Of a DNA stretch of 10,158 bases, positions 1-8,152 are shown piece by piece. Source of the DNA: an uncultured Nitrososphaeraceae archaeon (GTDB taxonomy: Archaea; Thermoproteota; Nitrososphaeria; Nitrososphaerales; Nitrososphaeraceae); contig CAWIMJ010000014.1 in assembly GCA_963837175.1 (NCBI GenBank), positions 1-10,158 of the forward strand, given 5' to 3'. Each line of letters starts with the position of its first letter. The first letter of the stretch is position 1. The position numbers were made by a program, and so were the translations under genes. The notes under the pieces were generated by a model. It searched no databases and was not told the DNA's origin. It saw only the letters and a program-made list of their open reading frames with translations.

Positions 1-1037
1 TATGTCTTTGATATTGTAAAGTAATCTATTGCATTATTTTTATCATTTACATTAGAAGAGCTTAGTTGTTCTATTTCATTTGCATAAAAAGTTCCTTTCA
101 AAGTTTTACCATTAATATCAATATTTAAAAATCCAAAATGTTGATCATCTTGTTTTGCAATAAATGGTGCTTGTTGTGTAATTGCATAAAGGGATCTGCC
201 CGCAGTTCCAGTTGTGAGGTAGATAACTCCTTTATTTTTATCCTTATTACTATTATAATTATTAGAATCTTTACTTACTATAATAGGATTGGCACTATCC
301 TCGCCCTTGCTATTATTATATTTTAATGGAAATGTCCGTTGATAATTGTGATTGTCACTAGTAAAAACAAGATCTACACCATATTTATCAAATAAAGGAT
401 GATAAATATCTCTTATTGTAGCATTACCAGGATGTTTAGAAGTTTAAGTATATATAGGTGGAGATACCACAACAAATCTCCAATCTATTTTTGGATTGGT
501 AGAAGCAGTTTTCAAATCATTTTCAATTAATTGATATTGAGGAGAGCCAGGTTTATAATCAATATATGGATCTATAAAAACAAAATGAGTATTATTCATA
601 TCAAAAGAATAATATGTTTTGTTTAGATTCAAAGGTTTCAAATAATCATTTGTTACACCTGTTGCACCACCTGTAGTATCACTATATTCATGGTCTCCCA
701 AGGCTATCTTTATCTTTGATTTAAATGGTTCAACTATTTTAAACCAACAATCTGCTGATTTACCATAACTTAGATCTCCACCTGCTATTACAAGTTCAGG
801 ATTCTTTTCTTGAATATTTTCTGCTGTTTTTTTAGCAATTTTATCACATCCCCAATCTGATGCAATTGCAATATTAAAGGAGGAGGAAGAAGACTTGTTT
901 TCCGATATTATAGTCTGGTTATTTTTAGAAATGGTAGTGTTTGATTCTTTAGCATAAACTATTATGTTTGCATTTAGAATTAAAGTGGAAGAGGATACTA
1001 CTACAAAAAGAAATAATATTATAATTAGATATTTCAT
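1..1037 (-). pseudogene. Secreted calcineurin-like (purple acid phosphatase-type) metallophosphoesterase interrupted by an in-frame TAA at 444-446; about 345 codons if read through
   Basis: N-terminal hydrophobic signal/anchor (MKYLIIILFLFVVV) and motifs ASDWG, GGDLSY, GDHEY, YYSFD. After PPIYT-TAA the same frame continues TSKHPGNATIRDIYHPLFDKYGVDLVFTSDNHNYQRTFP...TTGTAGRSLY...HFGFLNIDING...IDYFTISKT to position 3, followed by 'TA' at the window edge (probably the true stop). Confidence 0.85.
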
Positions 1038-1264
1038 AATCTAAATCTCACTTTTTATAATTTATTAATTATAAGTGGGGTATAAAGACTATTCCTTCTA
1101 CAATCGAAGGTGATTCTTCTTGTTGTTGTTCTTTGCTTTTGGCCAAATTAAGCTATATCCTCTATTCATTAGATAAATTACCCCTGACTTTAACCATTTC
1201 TCTTAAAAAAAGAGCCTTTCTGCAAAAAAGCATTTAGACTACATGAAAGGATATATACACAATA

Positions 1265-2183
1265 TTGCGGATTTTCTCTATAAATGGTACAAAACTCTCT
1301 GAAGTAAGGGAGCAGCAATTTCCATTAGAGAGTGAAATCCAGCGGCTAACTGAGTCAAATCTGCATGATCTATTTGAGCTTGATTTTGTAAAATCAGAGT
1401 TTGAACTTCATGGTTTGAGAATAGACACTCTTGCATTTGATGAAGAATCTAAAGCTTTTGTTATAATAGAGTACAAAAAAGGATAGGAATTTCTCAGTTG
1501 TAGACCAGGGTATGGCTTATCTTAATCTTATGCTCAATAACAAAGCCGATTTTATATTAGAGTATAATGAAAGCTCCAATTCATCTCACAATTTAAAACG
1601 TGAAGAGGTAGATTGGTCGCAGTCAAGAATAATTTTCATCTCACCAGAGTTTACAAAATATCAGCAACATGCCATAGGATTCAAAGATCTTGGAATTCAA
1701 CTATGGGAAGTTCACAAATACAGTAATGGGTTGCTAGTATTCAATGAAGTAAAATCTCCCTCTGCTAAAGAACCTATCACGACCATTGCAAAAAATAATG
1801 CTATTGTCAAAAAGGTAACTGAGGAGATTAAGGTCTACACAGAAGAGGATCACCTCATATCAGTTGATGATGGAGTTAAAGAGATGTATTCAGAATTAAA
1901 ATCCAATATCCTTACTCTAGGTAAAGATATAGAGGTAAGGCCTAAGAAACAATACGTAGCTTTCCGTCGGAAGCAAGCATTTGTGTCTATTGTATTTCTA
2001 AGATCAAAACTTAAATCATATCTTAACATTGAAATGAATCAAATTAATGATCCTTTAAAGAAAGCAAGAGATGTTAAGGATATAGGTCATTATTCAAGCG
2101 GTAAAACAGAAATAATTATTAAAGAAAAAAGTGACATCCCTTATGCATTATCTCTTATAAAACAATCATATGAAAGAAGTTAA
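1265..2183 (+). pseudogene. PD-(D/E)XK (NucS/RecB-like) nuclease domain fused to a C-terminal DUF5655-like domain, split by a +1 frameshift in the A6 run at 1475-1480; about 305 aa restored
   Basis: ORF 1265-1486 has LESEIQ...RIDTLAFD...IIEYKK. Deleting one A gives YKKDRNFSVVDQGMAYLNLML, which joins ORF 1512-2183 and restores the QxxxY motif. The C-terminus (PKKQYVAFRRKQAFV...RDVKDIGHYSSG...LIKQSYE) is typical of DUF5655. Confidence 0.8.
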
Positions 2184-2249
2184 AACTCTTATTATTAAGC
2201 TATTTACAAAACATCATCGAATCATTTTCCGTAAGTTGATGGTTTATTC

Positions 2250-2320
2250 TATTTAGCCAAGTTTTGAACCTTAGCCATTGTTAAAATATACGTTGACATG
2301 TCAACAAACTTGGATAAATA
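2250..2320. repeat. Imperfect 15-bp inverted repeat (14/15) enclosing a perfect 14-bp palindrome
   Basis: TATTTAGCCAAGTTT (2250-2264) pairs with AAACTTGGATAAATA (2306-2320); GTTGACATGTCAAC (2292-2305) is a perfect palindrome. Confidence 0.6.
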
Positions 2321-2538
2321 ATTTCAAGACATAATTATTCTGTTGTATTCTGGGTGGTAAAATTCAGTCAAATCTGTCTTACATTCCACCAAAAGTGATA
2401 GAGCCTATTAAGGAAGTTTTTATATGAATAAGATTAAAATGGTTTTGTTTTGCATAAAGAAGAGTAAGAACTAGATTAAACTATTGAAAATGCATTAAAC
2501 GCTGAAAATATACTCTAAAAGAAATAAAAAAAGAAGTG

Positions 2539-3021
2539 CTAGTTACTTTTTACTGCTTGGGAGAATTGTTGCTGTTTGAATCCGTAGAGAAGGCTGTACA
2601 AGCCTTTGGCATTATTGCTAAATTCTGTTACTGCATCGACTGTTCGATTATAGATTCTCAGGTTCTCTTTTGCCACGTCTACTGCATTGATTGCTAGCTT
2701 GTTGTTAATGTCAAGTGCTCTTAATGTATTGTTAGTAATTTCATTTGATTGTCTTGTAAATTGTTCTGTGTATGGTATTGATACTGGGATGCTAAAGTTT
2801 CCTAGCAATTGCTTTTGAGCTGAAATTGTCTTCTCTATCACATTCTTTACTGTCTGAATATAATCTAGCTGAAGATTAGAGAATGCTTGTGCATATTGTG
2901 GTTGAACACTTGATATATGATCTACTGCTCTAACAAAGTTTTCTCTTACTGTATCTAATACAGGGCCTGTGCTACTTGATCCTACTGTACTGCTTTCGTT
3001 TTTTGATTTATTATCTACCAT
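2539..3021 (-). CDS. Conserved thaumarchaeal alpha-helical hypothetical protein, phasin-like; likely start ATG at 3021 rather than TTG at 3069
   Basis: Q/N/T-rich amphipathic helical sequence (QPQYAQAFSNLQLDYIQTVKNVIE...AKENLRIYNRTVDA) with no TM segment; a TATA-like box lies about 30 nt upstream of the ATG at 3021. Confidence 0.7.
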   Translation of the reverse strand: MVDNKSKNESSTVGSSSTGPVLDTVRENFVRAVDHISSVQPQYAQAFSNLQLDYIQTVKNVIEKTISAQKQLLGNFSIPVSIPYTEQFTRQSNEITNNTLRALDINNKLAINAVDVAKENLRIYNRTVDAVTEFSNNAKGLYSLLYGFKQQQFSQAVKSN

Positions 3022-3048
3022 TTTTATGCTTAATATTAGGCTATACGG

Positions 3049-3086
3049 ATATATAAAATCTGGTAGCAAATGGTAATGATTACCAT
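3049..3086 (-). promoter_or_regulatory. Archaeal TATA box (minus strand TTTTATATAT, 3058-3049) with an upstream palindromic candidate operator ATGGTAAT-G-ATTACCAT (3070-3086)
   Basis: TATA lies 28-37 nt upstream of ATG 3021; a perfect 8-1-8 inverted repeat sits just beyond the BRE position. Confidence 0.55.
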
Positions 3087-3102
3087 ATAATGCCTATTAG
3101 AC

Positions 3103-3419
3103 TTGCTTATACGTGGGAAGGGTACAATAACCGTTACCGTGGGAAAGCAATATGCTCAAGTCATCGTTAAAGTAAATGACAGAGATAGTGGTATAGACTC
3201 TGAAATATCACCACTACTTTTCTCAAAATTTACTCTAAAATCTTTTAAAGCTACTGGCTTGGGATTGTTTGTTGCTAAAAGCATAATCGAAGCTTCTCAC
3301 AATGCAAGATATGAGAAGAGGATGATAATACACACGCAGAAAAAGATGCTAGCTTTACTTTTACTCTTCCAACTATCATCTACAATAAAATGTTAAGGGG
3401 TTCAATCAATAATGAATAA
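3103..3419 (+). pseudogene. C-terminal HATPase_c remnant of a sensor histidine kinase
   Basis: Degenerate G1 (VNDRDSGID), F (LFSKF) and G2 (ATGLGLFVAKSIIEA) boxes. After a frameshift near 3305 another frame reads KI*EEDDNTHAEKDASFTFTLP (TGA 3312-3314 at the usual W) and ends at TAA 3417-3419, overlapping the receiver ATG at 3412. No H-box or sensor domain upstream. Confidence 0.85.
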
Positions 3420-3795
3420 AAGAGTCTTAATAGTAGACGATGAACCTGATGTTAATTTAGCTGTAAAGATAGTTTTAGAGGAGAATGGATTCCAAGTCAA
3501 TACATTTACTGATCCATTCTTGGCATTAGAGAATTTTAGAAAACAAGCTGGTATGTATGACTTGCTTATGCTTGATATTAAAATGCCAGAAATGAATGGG
3601 TTTGAATTGTATAAACAAATAAAGAAGATAGATGATAAAGTTAAGGTCTGTTTTCTGACAGCAGGTGAAATGGATTATAATCAGTTTGAAAAAAAATTAT
3701 CTCCTGCATTAGATAAAAATTGCTATATTCAAAAACCAATTGAAACTGAAACGCTGATAAAAAGACTAAATGGAATAATAGCGTCATCAGATTAA
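3412..3795 (+). CDS. Single-domain response regulator (CheY-like receiver)
   Basis: RVLIVDDE, LLMLDIKMPEMNG (phospho-acceptor Asp), FLTA, YIQKP; no output domain. Confidence 0.95.
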   Translation: MNKRVLIVDDEPDVNLAVKIVLEENGFQVNTFTDPFLALENFRKQAGMYDLLMLDIKMPEMNGFELYKQIKKIDDKVKVCFLTAGEMDYNQFEKKLSPALDKNCYIQKPIETETLIKRLNGIIASSD

Positions 3796-4182
3796 ACTTA
3801 ACAATAATAACTTTGAGAGTAAAATATCAATATTAGACCCACCAGCAAATCCACCAAATAGCTCCATTAGTGTTAGTTTAGTGATTATTCGCTCTTTGTT
3901 CACAGTAATATACTACATTTTAATGAAAAAAGATGTCTATTAAGTTGGTGGCATATTTAAGTCAATTCTGTCCTGAATTTCAACGAACCCGTGAATTAAA
4001 TTGTAAGGCTACCACAATGAATATTCTTCTTGATCTAATTTTACGTTACCATTACCAGTCATCATTAACATTCCCAAACCTATCAAATCAAGAGGATATC
4101 CACAGTATAGAAGATCCAGAACATTTTCGTAATAGTAAAGGCAAAGATTGATAATAAAAAGCCTGCTGATTGTTTACTATTA

Positions 4183-4896
4183 TTACTTGGTTGAATTTGT
4201 GGGTTTTGCTATTATCAGATGGTAAGTCCAATCTGCATTGTAATTGAACTGTTGGTTGACAGGATTTAATACGCTGACTTTAAGATGTACATCATGTTTA
4301 CCAGCCGATAGGGGTTCTAAGAACACAAAGAATCCATCAGCAAAAGCTCTATAACTACCTGCTGGCTCATCATAAATATTATTTTCCGGTATAGTTATAT
4401 TGAAAAAACCAGACTGTGTTCTGTATTGCTCAAGACTTTTCAATTTCATGCCATCTACAGTAGCCTCAATTACACCATATTCATCACCTGCCATTGCACA
4501 GCGACGCAAGGCTTCGTCTGATTTGACATCGGGACTACTGTAATCACATTCTCCTACAAGAAGTGGAACAAAGATCGCCTTTCCTGCAGGTATAATACAT
4601 GTGCGCTCTTCTTGACCACCAAGCTGATCAGCCAAGAACCATACAGGACCTTCTTGATTTAATGTACATTTCTCTGGAGTATATGCATCCCTTGGATGTT
4701 GTGCAGTTGGTATCGAAAAACTCCACTGCCACCATTTTGCTAACCATTCACCATATGGAATACCATAAGGTGCGGAATCCTTTGAAAATACGCCGGGATT
4801 AATACTATCGGCCCTGACTAATACTATGCTTGAAGAAATGACGTATATTGCTAGGATCATCATCCATAACAGAGCAAACTTCTTCAACAATCGCAA
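4183..4896 (-). CDS. Secreted conserved hypothetical protein ('YGEW..KWWQW' family) with four Cys; start codon uncertain
   Basis: Signal-peptide-like N-terminus ending VLVRA-DS; motifs PYGEWLAKWWQWSFSIP, EKC, GPVWFLA, ERTCIIPAGKAIFVP, GEC, RRC, ADGFFVFLEPLSAGKH. Confidence 0.85.
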   Translation of the reverse strand: MRLLKKFALLWMMILAIYVISSSIVLVRADSINPGVFSKDSAPYGIPYGEWLAKWWQWSFSIPTAQHPRDAYTPEKCTLNQEGPVWFLADQLGGQEERTCIIPAGKAIFVPLLVGECDYSSPDVKSDEALRRCAMAGDEYGVIEATVDGMKLKSLEQYRTQSGFFNITIPENNIYDEPAGSYRAFADGFFVFLEPLSAGKHDVHLKVSVLNPVNQQFNYNADWTYHLIIAKPTNSTK

Positions 4897-4951
4897 TTGT
4901 AAACGGTATTACCGAAAGACTTTCATAAATACATTTTTGTCCAACTAACAA

Positions 4952-5255
4952 AAGTATTCAGATGGTAGTATAAATGATACCCAGAAGACTATTATTCTAT
5001 AGATCTAGATCATATAGAGACTTCATTCATCATATCAAAGGAGTATCCTTGAAAGAGTGGTCGGATATTTCAAAGGTAGAATTGAAGATTTCGAAAATGA
5101 TTATTATTATCAATATCTAAGAGAAGAACGTAATTTAGAACATGTATATAACTAGATAAAATTATTGTTTTTATGCATATGCGTTGAGTTCCTATCAATT
5201 TTAGGTTGCTAATTCATTTTGTTGGAGGTAATGATTTACGTTAACTTGCACGTCC
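4952..5255 (+). mobile_element. Degenerate 3' remnant of an IS6-family (IS240-like DDE) transposase with a probable right-end relic
   Basis: Pieces across frames read YSDGS...YPE..., then 5018-5160 RLHSSYQRSILERVVGYFKGRIEDFENDYY...NLEHVYN*IK. This resembles thaumarchaeal IS6 transposase C-termini (TDGG.WYP...HS..EKS.IER...FKDR.E.FDDYY...HV.NW). GTTAACTTGCACGTCC at 5240-5255 resembles a decayed IS6 terminal repeat. Confidence 0.75.
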
Positions 5256-5351
5256 TAAACTATATCGTAAATGCATAATAGTGAGTTATATGTCGATAAA
5301 ATTATAATACTATTATTAATCATCTCCAAGACAACTTAAGATGGATAAAGT

Positions 5352-6693
5352 TTGATAATTCAAAGAGTAGGCAATACAGGTATTTTCATTATCATAATTT
5401 TCATTATCATAGCAATAATTGTTGATACTTCAATTGTTAGTATTACCACTTCTGCCGCCGGCTTAAGGTCGTCAATTTTAGATATTGCACTCTTCATTTT
5501 TATGGTTCTTGTCTTTGTAGTCGGGCAATATGTTATTCTGGCCTTTGTAAAGCAAGGGTATAAAGACAAAGAAGGTAAAATCGGCGGTCTTAAGCAGCAT
5601 GATCTGGATTGGATAAATAAAACCGTGACTATAACCCAGTATGTTTTGATAGCGATTCTTGTTTTCACTATATTGCAGATGTTATTTATGTCAAGTTATC
5701 ATATCCTTATTTTGAAGTCAACCATTTTCATTAGTTATGGCCTATCTTTCATTCTCTTAGCACTCTTAGCCAAACGTTTCTTTTCATGGTTTAAATTAAA
5801 TCATAATTCAGTTGTCTTGGCCTATGCATTAGCTACTACTATGATTTCGATTAACGCAATAATAACAATCATTTACATTAACAATGTATTCATTAATGAC
5901 CCTGCAATTATACGACCAATTAGGAGTCTTACTGGTGCATTGGCCAGCCCAGATATTACTCTGAGTTCATTATATGTTCTAACTTCTGTTTTATCATTTA
6001 TTTTGACATGGATTGCTACTGTTCTTTTGCTAAGACATTATTCAAGAAAATTGGGAAGAGCCAAATATTGGATAATTGTAAGCATACCATTGGCTTATTT
6101 TCTAAGCCAGTTTCAGCCTTTGTTTTTATATTCATTTGCTGATTTGCGTCTTTCAAACCCAGGTACTGTTTGGTATCATTTATAATCTGATTTTCATCAT
6201 AAGCAAACCAGCAGGTGGAGTACTGTTTGGTATTGCATTTTGGAGTGTAGCTAAAAGTCTTACTAACAAAACAGTCAAAGGCTATATGATGATTTCAGCA
6301 TATGGCATGATGCTTTTGTTTACTGCGAATCAGCCTACTAGCTTAACTCTTATTCCATATCCACCATTTGGCCTTAGCAGTATTTGCTTTATGGTATTGG
6401 CATCCTATCTAGTCTTCTTAGGTGTTTATTCTTCAGCTACATCAGTATCTGAAGACACTAGATTACGTCAAACTATTCGAAAAATTGCTCTAAGGGAATC
6501 TCAATTTTTAGATGTCATTGGAACTGCTCAAATGGAACAAGAACTGCAAAGAAGAGTAATTACTATATATGCAAAGACTAAGAGCAGTATGGTAGAAGAA
6601 ACAGGAATCAGTTCATCAGTTGATGAAAATGATATCAAGTCCTATCTTCAAGATATAGTGGAAGAAATCAAAGTTAAAGAAGGCCATTTATAG
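5352..6693 (+). pseudogene. Conserved thaumarchaeal polytopic membrane protein (~10 TM plus charged cytoplasmic C-tail), split by a +1 frameshift at about 6162; about 446 aa restored
   Basis: Removing one G from CCAGGTACTG (6159-6168) gives LRLSNPVLFGIIYNLIF and fuses ORFs 5352-6185 and 6136-6693. About 10 hydrophobic segments; motifs RFFSWF, LLRHYS..LG..KYW, GGVLFGIAFW, PYPPFGL; helical tail LRQTIRK...LDVIGTAQMEQELQRRV. Confidence 0.8.
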
Positions 6694-7021
6694 TCTAATA
6701 CTTTCCTTAAATCATTGCAGTATAAACTAACTTTTCCTAATACTTATACAGTTACGCCTATGCATTTAATTGGCGAATTGGTTGATATTGCAAATAGAAC
6801 GATGGAAAGCATCTGAGAAACGTTGTATCATCTATTCATCAAGTAATAGACATACCTCTGTTTATTCGCCACACTTTGTAATAAGCCATTAAGAGAGAAT
6901 ATTATTACTATAGTAAGCTAATTATATTATCACACTGTTGATCACTATTTGGTCCGATTGAATACTAAAAACCTTATTAATATCTAATTACTTTATTAAG
7001 CAAATGAATGCAAAATAACTA

Positions 7022-7450
7022 ATGATGGTCATAGTGTCAAAAAATCAGGCTCAGATAATTACTTTTGCTAAAGCACCATCTCTCAAAAGAATTCTAATTG
7101 TAGATGATGATCCTGATATTACTCTAACCTTCAAATCTGCTTTAGAAAGAGAAAATGATAAATTTGAAATACACACATTTAATGATCCACTATTAGTACT
7201 ATCACAATTCAAGCCAAGTTTCTATGATTTATTGTTAGTCGATATTAATATGCCGAATATGAATGGATTTGAGCTGTCTACAGAGATATTAAAAGTAGAT
7301 ATTAATGTAAAGATTTGCTTTATGTCTGCTGGAGAAGTAAATCACGAAGCTGTAAGGGAGATATATCCAACCATAAGTATAGGATGTTTTATAAAAAAGC
7401 CAGTTACAATAGGTTATTTGCTAAAAAGAATAAAGGCTGAGTTATATTAG
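7022..7450 (+). CDS. Single-domain response regulator (CheY-like receiver) with a short N-terminal extension
   Basis: RILIVDDD, LLLVDINMPNMNG, FMSA, FIKKP; clear paralogue of 3412-3795. Confidence 0.95.
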   Translation: MMVIVSKNQAQIITFAKAPSLKRILIVDDDPDITLTFKSALERENDKFEIHTFNDPLLVLSQFKPSFYDLLLVDINMPNMNGFELSTEILKVDINVKICFMSAGEVNHEAVREIYPTISIGCFIKKPVTIGYLLKRIKAELY

Positions 7451-7519
7451 TAGTGGGATTATTTATCGCCAATCTACAGAAATTTGTCCTTTTGTACTTT
7501 AAATCAATCAGAGAGATAT

Positions 7520-7902
7520 CTATTCACCAATTACCTTTACTAACACTCTTTTATTTCTACGACCATCAAATTCTCCATAAAATATGTGCTCCCATGGACC
7601 AAAGTCTAATTTTCTATGCGTGATAGCAACTGTAACTTCACACCCCATTATTTGGCGCTTTAAGTGTGCATCAGCATTATCTTCTCTTTCTGTATCATTG
7701 TGTTATATCGGTAAGTAGCAGGATCCTGAGATGACAAATCTTATAGCCATTTACCAAAAATCTTGATGCAGTCTAATTCAATATCATTTTTAAAACCACT
7801 AGTGGTAATATGCATCGCATTTATTAAAGCCCACCCTTTATTTCACTTATTTCGACTATCTTTCTTAATTTGAAGTGATATTAACTATGCACGTCATGTT
7901 GG
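7520..7902 (-). pseudogene. yjbQ: YjbQ/UPF0047 (secondary thiamine-phosphate synthase family) pseudogene, absent from the ORF track
   Basis: Minus strand 7702-7520 reads [60 protein letters not shown]. Upstream pieces VNITS, INAMHITTSGFKNDIE, LHQDF and KWL* (TAA 7741-7743) carry several frameshifts and stops. Confidence 0.9.
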
Positions 7903-8152
7903 AGTAAGTAAATAGTATGGGAGAGCCAGAGGATTAAAGGCCATATCTTAACTTAATTGATTCAATTTTTCGGCCACCTTCAATTAGTAGTAATATCAGG
8001 CTGACTACAATGAAATGATATAGACATAATATCATCAGTCAAATCTGATTTAGACCTGTGCACTCAATTTTGAGGTCTCTTCTGTTCGTATCCGACATGG
8101 CATTGTGATAGCTAGTTATTGTTAAAGTCTTCAATAATATAAGAATTAATAA

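Noticed and set aside
138-326. 62-aa plus-strand ORF
   Set aside because: Antisense shadow of the phosphoesterase C-terminal half.
1475-1481. AAAAAAG as a programmed -1 frameshift site
   Set aside because: The downstream ORF is in the +1 frame, so -1 slippage would not join the two ORFs.
3933-4151. 72-aa plus-strand ORF
   Set aside because: No recognisable motif or family pattern; cannot be supported as a gene, though not excluded.
4599-4802. 67-aa plus-strand ORF
   Set aside because: Antisense to the conserved secreted protein.
5360-5668. 102-aa minus-strand ORF
   Set aside because: Antisense shadow of the membrane protein gene.
6694-6880. Scattered Cys codons on the minus strand suggesting a decayed zinc-finger gene
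   Set aside because: Requires several frameshifts and gives no convincing family match.
7795-7806. 12-bp palindrome ACCACTAGTGGT
   Set aside because: Lies inside the yjbQ pseudogene coding remnant (TTSG codons); likely coincidental.
2364-8047. Exact 13-mer TCAGTCAAATCTG at 2364-2376 and 8035-8047
   Set aside because: A 13-nt match is plausible by chance in 10 kb of AT-rich DNA, and the flanks do not extend.
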